Shown here piece by piece: positions 1 to 13,769 of a DNA stretch of 64,000 nucleotides (the stretch's first letter is position 1; each line of letters opens with the position of its first letter). Position numbers and translations under genes: made by a program. The stretch is from Lytechinus pictus (Eukaryota). The DNA lies in contig NC_087245.1 in NCBI RefSeq assembly GCF_037042905.1, positions 4,652,001 to 4,716,000 of the forward strand. The letters are read 5' to 3'. A model generated the notes under the pieces. It worked only from the letters and a program-made list of their open reading frames with translations, ran no database searches and had not been told where the DNA came from.

Positions 1-76
1 CCGCTCCAAGGCCCCCGTTTTTTGCCTCGCCCGCGGCACACCCCTACCACTTTTTTGGTCGAGTGCCCCCCCCGGG
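1..76. mobile_element. Terminal fragment of a GC-rich MITE ending GTGCCCCCCCCGGG
   Basis: GC-rich end with a C-run-CGGG terminus, followed by an abrupt switch to AT-rich DNA. Truncated by the window edge. Confidence 0.5.
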
Positions 77-1408
77 CATCTACCCCACCTTTCAAGAAAC
101 AGAAACAACAACATAAAAGAACAAAGAAGCAATAATTTGCTACCTTTATGCCGAATACAAGGGCATTTTTATCCTATGTAACTATAAATCTCTTTTTTTT
201 TGGCGAGGGATGACAAACAATAGAGAAAAAAAAATCAGAGCTATAGATTAGAAGGTTCAAAGAACCAAATCTTCTATTCCCTGGCTACCAGAAGTCTGGT
301 ATGCAGGTGTGCACGTCAACCACTCCTTCCATTACTGCTCAGTGGAGGTGACACAAGCAACCCCATCCATACTCTCACATTAATTTTTATTTTATGACTT
401 GTAGTTTAACACCCAGTGTGGCATCGCAAGATAACGCTTGGTGCTAAATACTCAATTTGCCAATCGCTTTGTATGCATAGACCGGAAGCTTGTGAGATAA
501 TAGTATTTACCAAAAGATAAAACCCACCTTGATGAAGGAAGATGGAAGCACAAAAACAGAAATAACCTCCGAAAGACCTCTGAAAGAAATCAGGAAACTT
601 TGGGGAAGAGATTGCTCTCCAGCTATTTCCCATGTATTTTTTAATGAAAATAAATAAATGGAACTAAAAACTAAAATGATATGACAAATATTCATAAGTT
701 GCAAATAGGTTAGAAAAGGTGCACAATATTCTTAATTGATTCCAATCAAACATTTGGCATTCATGTGTATAAATATAATCATATTTAAAGAAAAATTACC
801 CCTTTTGAATTATGTCTTTTTCTTCCAATCTAAATGACATAATTTGAAGAAATTAAATCCACTAAAAATACCATTAAAATATGTGTATATTTATACTGTA
901 ATTAAAATGATTTTCATTTAAATCGTTTAATGAGTACAGGGAAAATAACTTAAGAAATATGAATTTATGATGAACTAATGTGTAAATTTCCTCAAACATC
1001 TTAGCGTTTCATCTTAGCCTTTTTAATACCGGTATGTCATCTTCTCTTACGACAAACACCTTACATCTTGACCTATCAATCAAGATTTCTGGTCCTGATA
1101 AGACCAGGTCTAACAACAGAACCGGAAGGCGATGACAGAGATAAGTGTGCCGAGATCGTGTAGGTACTGGACCTCTCAATTGTTTACTGCGGAGGCGGAC
1201 AGTAAGGTGCAAGAGAGATGTTTACAATCGTTACTAACCAAACTTCCTTAAGTCAAATGAAAATAATACAAGTGTTTATTGATATCATAGGCACAAAAAT
1301 ATAGGCTTGACTTTAGTCAAGCATTCCACGCATACAGATAATGTACAGTAACCTTATTTATCAAATTATAATTGTTAAAAGTAAATAGTCAGTCGAAATA
1401 TCATTGTT

Positions 1409-1656
1409 TAATACTGTATGGTTCAGTCGAGTTGGTCCTTATGTCAAATCTGTAAAAAATGAAATATTGTACAATTCAAACAAGAAAAAACAAAATAGTG
1501 AGTGAGGGACATCATCGACTGTCTCATTTAAATGTCACTGAGTTGTGCATAGTTTTCTTTAACATGTCATGACTTTGTTATTATACATCCAATTTTGATG
1601 ATTTTTTTTCTAATTTATTCAATTGGAAAACATTTTTCTGGGGGGAATTTGACCTT
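1409..1656 (+). mobile_element. Truncated copy of the TTAA-flanked MITE at 5563-6110
   Basis: Colinear similarity to about 5819-6110 (tatggttcagtc...gggacatcatcgactg...ttgacctt). Confidence 0.8.
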
Positions 1657-4600
1657 TCAGTAATATAGTTTATTCAAAAAAATGATAAGAAAATATTTTG
1701 AAAGAAAAGAAAAACCTTATTTTAAAGAGATATTCAAAGGAAAGGCTCAACAGCATGTTGAAAAGCAGAATAATTGTGATGTTTTAACTGCCTTTAAACA
1801 TTGTCTGCATTGATAGTACAAGAATGCTATATTACGTATATTACACTGTCTATACATTATTATTTGATTACTTGTTTGTGATTAAATGTTTACCAAAGGG
1901 AACTTAATTCATCTTCAATCATCATAAAACTATAAACTGAGCATATAAATTGGACATTTATGACATATGGGAATTTCACTACTGTTTTATTTCAACTTAT
2001 GTAGATTCTCTATTAATCTATTCCAATTTATCATTCTAATAGTTTCAGAAACCCAGTACACTCTAGAAGCATTTTACACGCAATCAAGTTCAGTTTCAAT
2101 CAAGTCAATCTATTTCTCAGGAAATAAACTCCATTCTGTGTTACAGTGAATCAGATTTTCAAGTTCTCTATTAAAGTGAAAATAATTAAATTGTCAGTAG
2201 AAGTAACACCAAATTAAGTCAAAATAATTTTGAAATCCCAGTAACTGTAACTTTAACTCGGCATAAAGTTTACCCCCAGCAGATGCCATTCTAAGTCTAA
2301 TCTTACTCTAAAAAAATAAATATGTATCTTTACTTTTTATCAACAGAGACATACCTATTCATTTTCAGTCTCAATATAATAATACCTGAATTAACTGTTT
2401 TGATAAACAGTTTTCTCGCTACAGAAGGCCTATGTACATACATATACCAATAGATTTAACTTCTTGTACAATAATCTAAATGCTATGCCAGTCAGAGAAG
2501 ATAATTGTTGAAATAAGGAGGGAAATATTTGAAGATGAATAACGCAGAGATAAATAAATTCAAAGAAAGTTGTGATTCAACCTATTGAATCATCATATGG
2601 AAAATGAAACCATGAAATGCACCATTATCTCCATCCACACCCAAGAATAGACCTAATGACTGATTTTCAAGAAAAAAATATTTCTAAGCTAAACTGCATC
2701 CTAATACGGTTCGGGTGAATGGTTAATCTGGAGCATGGATTTTGATCACCATGTGATTCAGACGATGGTGATTATTACCTGATAGTTCCCCAAAGTAGAT
2801 CAAAAAAGATTAAATACTAAGCACGCATCATGATTAGAAATGTCTAGGCTGGGACATACATTTCAAATCACTCTCTTGGAATAAAAAGTGTTGACGTGTG
2901 CGGGGGAAACAAAGAAATATTGAGATATCAATTTTAATCTTTTAAACACTTATCATGCATGATGATTAAATTTGTCAAAGCTTGGACAGATTTTAAACTA
3001 CTCCCTCACAATAAAACAAAGAGACAATGTGAGTCGCAAGACACAAATACAGTCCTAGAATGTAGCGTTTCATCCTACATTTCTTGCATGAGACAATAGA
3101 AGTATAGGTTAATAATAATATGAATATTACATGATGAATCAGAATGTATCAGACCAAATTCAATAAGAGTGGTATTCTAACTTTCCTCAGACTCTCAATT
3201 TCTCTCAATCTTATTAGTGAATGCCATCAAAAGTGATTAATTGATCAATTCTTTTCATGAATATCATGATAGTATCAATTTGATAACCTTGGCTTGTTTT
3301 TTAACCACCTACTTGAAAAAAAAAAGGCAATTGAAACTTTATCAAGGTAAATCGGTTAGACCTTTTCTAAATCTCTGCATACAAAGTTACTAATAGTTCT
3401 GGAAGCATTGTTAAGACTACTTCAACAGATGGTCAAGAAAAACATTGCTTTCTTTATTATTATATTTTCTTGAATTTTCTTATAATCCCACCTCTGTATA
3501 ACTAATAAAAAATGTTCAAAAGCATACTTCAGTACTTTTAATTACCTATCAAACATGAATTTCAAAAGATACCTTTCTATCAATTATAGCTGGCTTTCCA
3601 TATCTCAACCTCACTTCAAACAGATTACTGCTTATGATGTACATTTCATTCATTACATTTCATGAATGAAATGAATTAATCTAGTTATCAAAGAAAATAT
3701 GCCTATAAGGGAAAAATTTTGAAGAAAGTTTACATTATAACAGAAAATAACACTTCAACCTTTTTTTAAAGTTCTATATATTAAAGGTAATTTGACCTTA
3801 AATCGAACCTATTAATAGTGAAGTTTATCCTTATATTTGGGGCACATTTAATGCTTCGGCAATTAATAAGTATGGCAGATCAACATCTATAGCCAATCAG
3901 CCTGCTTTCTAAGATGTAATGAGAGATATAATGAAATGCTTCGTAACTAGGGTGTGTTATATCATAGCGGAAGCAACTGCAAATCCAGTATTAATAGATA
4001 ATCATCAATGACCATTTCTTTGCTGTCTTCTTAAAATGAAATTAAACGTGAGGCCCGATAGCTCTCTTCTCAACTTCTTCCTTTTCATTCTCTTCTCCCT
4101 ACCACTCTCACTCTCTCTCTCTTTCTATTTTTCTTGAACTTCTGTTCTTTTTCTTAATTTCTAATTTTCTCCTTTCTCTCTTAAAATTTCTCAAATTACA
4201 ATTATTTTATAATGGCATATTTCTTTCTTTGTTTCTCAACCACACACTCACTTTTCTTTCCCCCTCCCCCCTTTATCTCCCCCTCTCTCTCTCTCTCTCC
4301 TTCTCTTGATTGAGATTCAAGCAACTGATCCTCTAGAAATTATTCAAATTTATGACAATTTTTGTGGTTGTTGCTAAATGAATGATTATGAATAGTTTTA
4401 ATCAATAAATCCCAACTGACCATAAGATAACAATATGTGGTCATTCTTCCCAAGAAAGTACCCTCCCATTTAAACTATTCTTCAAGTCACATCATTCTTC
4501 CTTTGTGAGTGATTAAAATCACAATCCATCCAATTTATTCCATGACGGTCACTTAGTTTGACCATTGAGTCTTATCCCTTTAATCATTCTCTACTCCTCT

Positions 4601-5562
4601 TACCCCTTAACCCACTTCTTCTCATAGAGAATCAACAATTCCTTCATGAAGTAATGCTAAGCCTGGTATGTGACACAAACTCTTAAACATATTCATAGAT
4701 AAGGATCCTAAACATGTCCTTCCTCTTCTTCTTCCTCTCATTAATGTTTCATATATCTTCATTTGAAAGTCGAAACCTATATTTCCCTCTTATAAACCCT
4801 TTCAATGCCAAAGATCTGATAAGAAGCACCAATCCCGTGTAATATGAACATAGAATAATATCAGAGGGGTTAAATATCATGGAAATGTTCCTTCAACAGA
4901 TCTTGTTGCCATGCTGGACAATAGGGGCATCATCACGTAGGGTGTGGATTAGGATTAATAGGGGCGAAAGATTAATGCGTAATCGTCTTAAATGACCAGC
5001 TGAATCAAACAGTTGAAACAACTGCTGCTTTCTTGCTATGAAATTAAGGCAAATTTTGACAGTTTCTTTCAATTTCCTTTAAGAGATAAGGTGTCTGTTA
5101 AATTTCTGATAACAAATATCATTATAAGGACATACTTCCTGAAGAGAAATATTTTTTTTCATATACATGTATGTTCCATGTTCTACAAATTGTTTGCTGT
5201 TCATACCAACTTGGGATCAAAATATACATTTTGATATTTTGGCAGAAATCAAAATGGAAGAACTACTCAATATGTGGCAAAATGTATATCCCTTTAGTTT
5301 CAGAGATACAGAAATATATTTGATTCAATGACACATAATTCTTATACACAATGCACTTATTCCACTGTAGCAAAGCAATCCAATAACTGCACATAAGCAA
5401 TATACATATTCACCGAACTGATTAATCTGCCTGCATTGATTCTGGATGTAAAAACATTCTTGAAAAGTATATTGGGACACCAAAGACTAGATTATTTAAA
5501 GGTTTGGCTTGCCATAGTTCGATCACAATCTTAAGTGATGTTTTGAGTTAAAACTTTGTTAA

Positions 5563-6110
5563 AGGACAAGTCCACCCTGACAAAAAAAAATTGAAAATTG
5601 AAATAAGAAAGTTATGGCATTTTAAGGTTTCGCTTAATTTCATAAAACAGTTATATGCACATCCTGGTCGGTATGCAAATGAGGAGACTGATGACGTCAT
5701 CCATTCACTATTTCTTTTGTATTTTATTATATGATATATTAAATATTCTAATTTTCTCCTCATTGTCAAGTGAAACAGTGATTAATACCTCCCTGAACAT
5801 GTGGAATTAGCATTGTGTAATACTATATGGTTCAGTCAAGTCGGTCCCTATGGTCAAATCTGAAAAAAATGAAATATTGTATAGTTCAAACAATAAAAAA
5901 CAAAAGAAATAGTGAGTGATGGACATCATCGACTGACTCATTTGCATGTCAGTAAGTTGTGCATATCACTGTTTTGTTAAAAATAAGCGAAACTTTTAAT
6001 GCCATAACTTTCTTATTTTACATCCGATTTTGATGAAATTTTCAGTGTTATGCTAGTTTGATTTTTCTCTACTTATTCAAATCAATATTTTGCTGGGGTG
6101 GACTTGACCT
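5563..6110. mobile_element. Non-autonomous DNA transposon with TTAA TSD (Kolobok-like MITE)
   Basis: TIRs AGGACAAGTCCACC / GGTGGACTTGACCT, with TTAA at 5559-5562 and 6111-6114. Confidence 0.85.
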
Positions 6111-9100
6111 TTAAAAACAACCACTAGCTCCCAAGAAATGCAATTCTTTGCATGAATACCAGAAAGATATATAAGAAGCAAGCTGAATGTCACTTTTACT
6201 ATTCCCAGCCATTATCGGTTATGACCTCGTACTGATATCTTCTCAATTAGGGGTAACATTAAGGAGAGGAAATCAGGGAGAAAACCTGATAGCTGTCTGG
6301 TTATGAAGCTAAGACTTTACTAATTCCTGGCTTCTGTTTTTAAGGAAACTTCCAAAGTCTTTCCAAGTCTTCTCATTTTGGAATAAGATACTCCGATTGC
6401 CAATTTGACTAATGAGGATGAAGATCGTGAAATTTGAAGATGGTATTCAAGTTTCTTCCCTTTCCTGCTTAGGATTGTGAATAGTTCTCCTGGTATCCCC
6501 TCTTAACAGAACCCAGTTCCTACGTGATGTAATCAATTGAAGTAGTATAGCTGAAATTATAATGCTTATTGGAAAATGATATTACCCCCCCCCCCTTAAT
6601 GAACATCAAATACTTTATATTGCAAGAGAGCTAAAGCACCTGATTGTCTTCTCATAATGTTCAATATATCATTGAATGCAAAATAAAAAGAGATTTTACA
6701 AAGTACACTCACCCTCCCATTGTTTTAAAGCAGATACAGTGAAATGCAAGATGTTTCAACTTTCATGTATCTTCTTCAGACAAAAAAATTCCACTCCTAC
6801 TGACTCTGATAAATGTGAAAATGTTCCCTTCCTTTTTTCATATTTAAGTTTTGTTTTGTTTCTTAATTTATTTGATTTATTGATCTATCTTTGGGTGCAA
6901 ATCAGTTGTCAGACTAAAGTGTGATGGGTTAAGTCTAGGAAGCAGAGTCACGTTGTCATAGACCCATACATTCATGTATTTTAGGGAGGGCGTGTCTGAG
7001 GCATTCAGTGTCACACAAATTATAGGAAAGGCTTAAGGTATTAGCTAAAAAACCTTATACTGAACCAAGAAACATGATACAATTCTATGACTGTGCAATG
7101 AATGTAACTCCGAGTCGACAAGACACGAGCTGAGAACGGAAAGACAGAGAGAAAAAAAACATGTCAAAGAATACCCACAAACACTCACAGCCGCTGACTA
7201 CTGAATTATGTATTTTCATTAATGATTAATCCTATATTCATTTGGCAGGGAAATAAAATCAGTAGTTTCGAATAAGATTTAGGGGGAATTAGTTGCCGGA
7301 GAGGGGCACGCCCTCTTGGCTTAATCTCACATTCTACAATATCAAAGTCAAATTTGTTAATCTGCGACGTGTTCAGAGACTTGTGAATCACGGCAAGAGG
7401 GGGCTGATGAATTATCGAACTCTAGTGGATCACGTCGTTCACAGATCAAAGTAAAATCACTTGCAGATTTATACTGGTGAATTGTAGAGTAATGTCTCTA
7501 CTAGGCACATGACAGGTCTATTTCAAATAACCATGTGACTTTAATAGCTCATGCATGGATGTTGGCCATGTTTTGCTCAAAACATTTTTTTCAATATTAG
7601 TTCCTTTTTTATTGAGAGTGGTAATATCTAAGCTAATTAAAAGTAATTAAACTTACTATAATGAGCATCATAACTACTTATTTTATTTATATATTTACTT
7701 AGTGTTTTATATCTGGGGTACATATACATTTTTTTCTGAAGGGGTTTATATCATCAAAACAATTTAGAAAACTGGTTTCATATACTTTCTAAAGTCACTT
7801 TCACTTTTGTATTTAAGAATATGAGATATATATATAATATAAGATAAGAATTAATTTAGTCTAATGTTTTAAAGTATATAAAGAAATCAGTTGCTATGGG
7901 GATAAGAAAGATCTGGAATCTACTTTTTATCAGAGGTAAGTGGGGGAACAATCTTTATAAAACGTTTCATACAAAAGCCACTGTGAAAGGACCCTAACAA
8001 TTATGAGTCTCCAACAAGAAAAATCTTTAATCACTGCTTTTCATTTACCACACTGTGTGGAGAGTATAGCTTGGGATGAATGCATTTTATAATCGCACTT
8101 TCAGAAAAGAATTAGTCAGCATCTAAAGACAACTAAAATCTCTTTCAGAAAAAAAAAACTGGAATAGAATGGAAGAATAGAATTCAGGTTACATCAACTG
8201 GTTGTTTCATGATGAATGATTATCATCCAATTTAGAAATGAACCTAAAGCCAGACATCTTATTGATGAATGCTAGATTACACATTGAACAGAATTGAATA
8301 GAAATACTAACAGTCTGTGAAATCCTGAATCAAATAAGTTACATGAGGTAAACTTGATGGATCACTTATCTTGGAAACCAGACGGACAGAAGGAAAGTTC
8401 CTTGATTTATGACAAAACTCAGACAAGCACTGGAGACCAAATGGAAAATATTAAAAGAGAAGATGGTTAAACAGGCTCCTAATATTCTACAGAGCTTTCA
8501 AGTCCAATTAAAACATGATGGATGTTGGTAGGAGCACTACTTTTTACATCAAGCTTCAGTTCAATAAGGATGTAAGGGAGAATGATTTTGATTTGAGACA
8601 AAGGGCCATTGATTCTATAAGATAGTTAATGCCCATATCGCTATAAGAAGCAGATAATGTACATTTGCACTTCCAAAATCAGTTATGACTTGAATTTTTT
8701 TTGTTACAGTACCTGAGAATATGCACTGCCTATGGAAGTGAATATGTAGTTTCAATTAAGAAACATATACCAAAGTATAAATATATGTTGGTCATCATTC
8801 CTATACTTAAAAATTAATGTTTAAAAAAGATACAGACTAAGGTGGTACTAGATATTCAAGATGATTCATTTTTATATTTTGGGGGTTACAATATTCTATA
8901 ATGACCAGTTGGGGAGAAGGGGTAAATAAAAATCAAATATGGAAGGGGTTTGAGTGGAAATAGGGATATTAAATGATAGAAAGAAGAGAGAGATAATTTG
9001 ATGAAATAAAAGGAAAATTGTGATAGCAAGATACATTTTAAGAGAATTCTGATCAACATGTAATAACAGGAGAAAGAGAAAGTAAATAACTCTGGGTTAA

Positions 9101-10839
9101 TAACCACTGCTGAAATTAATAGCTACTACAAGTATGGAATAATATACCAATATGAAAATAAAACTTACTATCTGTAATAACAGTGGAGCTGTATTATAAA
9201 TAATAGTCCCCACTTGTTCATTATCATAAGAATTCATATCTCAAGTGAAAACAGATCTTCATATTTTTCCTTTGAAGTTTTTATCACAGAATTTGCAAAC
9301 TGAGACTGTTGGCTAGGGAGGTGAATAATATTGCTGTAATCTACTATCCGAACATTTTCAAGCCATATTACTTTCAGCTTTTGTTCTCATAAAGAAATAT
9401 AATGTACATTGGAGTTCTGGCAAGGACTCTATTTTACCGCTTCAACAACTATTCGGCTTCCTCAATGGGTTGCCAGCCAGCCATCGAGAAAGAAAACAAA
9501 GATCTAAATCTCTTACACAAATGCACAAACACCCAGAGAAAATCTCAAAGAAAAAAATGATAGTTTCAAAAAATCCTTCTTATTTTTCCTAACAAATATA
9601 CTCTAAATCTCGATTGTTTTAGCAGCCACCAGTCCTGAGCTAATGATGGATCCAATCCATCCTGTGAGCTCCTCAAATTTGCAGGATTAGCCTTTCATGC
9701 TTTATCCTTCCCTTCTGATGCTGCAACCTTCGCACCCCTTTGGCCCAATTTCTCAATCCTTTCCGACCTCTTAGCCTTAACCCTCTCACAACCAGTTAGT
9801 GCTCCTGAGGACCAAAGGAATAAAGAATTCCCCTAAACTAATTCCAAACCACCACCTTCCTCTCTGCTCCTAATTTCCTCTATTTCAACCACATGACTGC
9901 AAACCTGCTCATTCATCTGCATGATAGTACACCCTCATAGACATAATAACTTCCTCAATTGAAGGGAAAATGACACCTATATCTCTATCTCTAACTTTCT
10001 TTTCTTCTCTCTCATGCTATTCCTTTCCCCCGTATACCTTTGGCATACAAAGCGGAACTAAGCTTACTGAAAAAAGGAGAGGTTGTAGTTCCTCATAAGG
10101 TATTTCCTTTCAGGAAGACGCTCTCATGCCATGATCTAAAGTAGTTGAAGTCCACTTGACGTCGTTGAGCAGCCAATGATAACGCTACTATATGTTTCTT
10201 TGGCAGGCATTTGATTTTATTTTCTAACTTGTCCTTTGGTAGAAATGATATGTATGAGGGTACTTTCCCTCAAACATACCCCACGTTTCTAATTCTCAAC
10301 TTGGAATCTGGTTTCTCTCATAGAGAAAGGGCTTTTCAAGTACACAAACTGTTTGGAGAAAAAATAATCTATTGATGGTTTTTTAGTGTGAACATCCTGA
10401 ATCTTCAAATTTCATCATCAATAACATCATCCCTCGCTTTTGATTTTTATTGTCAAATTACTGAAACTGAACCATTTCAGAGAGAAAGGGTTCCCACCAT
10501 ATGTTATTTCACTCCTTAACAGTGGAGGAGAAAAGGAAAATGAAGCTCAATAATTCAAAAGTCGCCAGGAAACCAAATCAAACGTATCACGAGACTCAGT
10601 TTCGCGTCATCTCCAAGATCTGATTTCCATTTTTCATCTCTTTAAAATGCCTTTTCAATCTTCTCATTCCCATGCACATTGTATTCCATTAAACAAAAGA
10701 ATAGAGTGAAAACAAATCAAGTTTTATATCATGAAATAATTTTAAATGTATTTCAATTACTTATCTTCTGATTTCGTGGGTATTAATTATGCCTGAAATT
10801 GCAATTGTGCGGCATATATAGTTAGTTAGCAATTGACAG

Positions 10840-11102
10840 CAATGGCATAATAAGCAGAGGGGGCAAGATATGGTGCATTGCGTAAAATTTAAAACAATAA
10901 TTGGGAGAACGATGCGAGCAAGTAAACATTTCGACATTTTTATTATAAAAATCAAAGTTTGTGATAGATTTTAACACAATATTAAAAAAATAATATAATT
11001 TTTACCCTTCTCTCTTTCCTCATTTCTCTTTTTTATTCTTGGTCGTGCAAAATTTTGGTAGCAATAACCCCCCAAGCCCCCCCTCCAATCTGTATGCTAC
11101 CG
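10840..11102 (-). mobile_element. Degraded hAT-like MITE, inverted copy of the family at 50016-50269
   Basis: Reverse-complement similarity to 50016-50269. Degenerate 8-bp TSD attgacag / cttggcag. Confidence 0.7.
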
Positions 11103-11841
11103 CTTGGCAGTAAGCTCCTGTTTCAAGTTTTGTACATTTTTGCTTGAATTCCCTGATTCAAATAAAGACACATATTTTATAATCCCCTATACCCCCCTAA
11201 CCTAAAGAAAAAATGTCATTAATTTTGATGAGGACAAGGTTTCATTCTAAAAAGCATTCCTGCTTTAGATCGTCGGAACCTGGCATCTTTAAGAAGAATT
11301 CCACTGTTTACAGAATATCTAGCTACTGGTTCTATCTTGAAGAAGAGAACTTTTCTTTTCAGGGAAAAATCAGAATAGAACAGAATAATTACACAAAGAA
11401 GCCCGGTTTTCTGGTGTTATCCTGCTTCTTAACACCAGAGGGATGAAGAAAAATGTCATTGTCCAATAGGAAAATCTGTTTGCAGAATTCTTGTCAACAT
11501 TTGTCTGCTCTTTAATGTAGAAGACCTTTCCCGACAATGAGTGAAAAAAAAGCTTTGGAGAGAATAAAAGAATTCTAGCTTTAGCCTTACTTCTAGAAAA
11601 AAATAAAGATATACTGACTCTTTACTATTTACGGATTGCAATTAACTACATTCACTATAAATCCTTTTAAATGTTTAGGTTTTCATTTACATAACAAGTA
11701 CTTGAAGTTCTGGATGTATGGAATTGTAAGGATGACATGAAGAGCAAAAAGGAAGGAGAGAACAACAGATATGTAGGAATGAGTGAAAAAGAATGCTAAA
11801 ACTGACAGATTTCTAATATAAATTAGAAATGAAGGACTAAC

Positions 11842-12499
11842 CTGTGGTCTCTAAGATGGTCTTGTCTTCTAAATGCCTTATGGCAGATATCACAAGAATA
11901 TGGTCTTTCATCAGTATGGGTCCTTTCATGTATCAGAAGGTTGTATGACTTGGTGAAATGACGTCCACAGAACCTGCAGATGAACTCTTTTTTAGCTCTC
12001 ATCGGTCCTCTCCCCCGGCGCCTCTCGGTTGGTTGCAAAGGCACCAACCGCGTCTTGCTACTATCGGCACTGCAAGGTTGAGTCGCGGCAATGGCCAGAT
12101 GAGCAAAGTCAAACTTAGGTGCTTTCTTTGGCGGTGCCGATGATGACCCCAATGATGTGTGGTGGCGAGAGGATGGCACCGATGAGGAACCGTTGAGTAC
12201 TAGGCGCCTCAATGTGCTGTTTGGATTTGGTACCGTCAGTGAGGCACTTGGTGGTGCTGTGATGGCACCAGGTGGTACCTGCCAGGTGGCGAGACCCTGT
12301 GTCCATGCAGCAGTACTGATTGCACCAAGGGGTAAGAAAGGGACGTGTTCAGCACCTTTGAGGGTACCAGCTGCGGCGCCACAGGCCAGAGCATTTGGTA
12401 GATGGATAGGACTAGGGTGATGAAGGGTTGTCAGCTGGTTCTGACTTGTCGGTGTTAGAGGAGGTGTTGGTGGTCCTGATGGCTTGGCTTTCTTCAGCT
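11842..12499 (-). CDS. Osr: Main coding exon of odd-skipped-related C2H2 zinc-finger transcription factor (ZF1 and most of ZF2)
   Basis: Open frame [16 protein letters not shown]...PKFDFAHLA...[51 protein letters not shown]. The finger region is nearly identical to vertebrate OSR1/OSR2 and Drosophila Odd/Bowl/Sob as recalled. Acceptor is a polypyrimidine tract plus ctctgcag| ending at 12500 (phase 1). Donor is CACAG|GTTAGT at 11841 (phase 2). Confidence 0.96.
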
Positions 12500-13769
12500 C
12501 TGCAGAGTTAAGATGAAAGAGAAGAAGAACAAATTTAGATCTTTGATACCAGTTTCAACATTATGTCCAACCTTGCATGGTATGTGTGGTGTATAATGTG
12601 AATAATAATCGTCCTTGTTCATGAAATCTGCAGTGCCGGGCTAGAAGTCTTGTTATACAAACCTTTGCATCTGCAGTATAATGAATACCATAAAGATTGA
12701 TTCTTTATTTATAGAAGTCTTCCCATCCATCCATACAAAACTGCAAATAATTTAATGGTTTTTTATGGAACATAACTCCAATGGGTGCTTAATATTAGTT
12801 TACAACAACCATCATCAAAGAACAAATTTTTCAAATTTTATCCACTTTATCATTAAACTCGCCATTATAATCTATTCAGTTAGTGACATATACTGGGATT
12901 GAATATTACAAACCAATAACTAATTCAACACACATGCTTGAAATATCTCCTTTGCCATAACAAATCACTCGTAACATACTTTTAATAATGCTCATCTGAT
13001 GTATTTTTTATTTTCATTTTTTAACTTCTCTAAAACCACCTGCCATTTTAATTAAACTCTGTCAGCAGAATACTCAAGGAGTAAATGTCATTTTAAAGAA
13101 GATGGGCGTGCTTTGTCCTGAAACTTTGCGACCAGTACCCAAACATAACATTAGAACCTTGTTGGCTAACAAGACTAATTCAAGGAACAAACAAAATTAG
13201 CGGCATCACATCGCTAAGATTTCAATTACGTACTCACACCATTCACAAGCAGTGATAAAATAAAAAATGGTAGTCCGATAAATGAACTGGAATAAATAAA
13301 GTCCATTAAGGTTAAATACATATATGGGTGGTGATTTTTGTCACTAACAGGTTTATTCACTGTCTTTGCTAAATTGTTACTGTGAAACTTTACTCCAAAA
13401 GTTTTCTATATATTTCTCTCTCTCTCTCAATGTTCACTTGCTCAAAAGTCTTTCTAATGTACCATTTTTATCTTTATTCTTTTTCCCATATTGTTGTTAT
13501 TATCTATCTCCAATTTCTCTCCCTTTACTTACAAATATGCTCTCCATTTACCCCCCCCCTTGCCCTCTCTCTCTCTCTCTTACTTGTTTTCCATGTCTAT
13601 GTATGTACAGAAGAACATGTTTTGTGAAAAACCTTGTAGAAATATAATCATTCTATGCGAAATGTGTTACTGTATTATGTTACTAAAGCTGAAATCTGTA
13701 ATCAATTCTACCCCAATCAAGTTCAAATTATGCTTCCAAATGGGGCTCAGTACCCCACACAAACCAAAT

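Noticed and set aside
10320..10345. EKPF-encoding stretch as the missing ZF3 exon
   Set aside because: Reads VLEKPFLYERN, with no YIH before it and no Cys pair after it.
11958..12420. Plus-strand ORFs overlapping the Osr exon
   Set aside because: Antisense shadows of a GC-rich coding exon with no recognisable protein features.
13231..13243. ATG-GT|GTGAGT candidate first exon close to the main exon
   Set aside because: Phase 2; joining it to 12499 shifts the frame and hits a stop near 12412.
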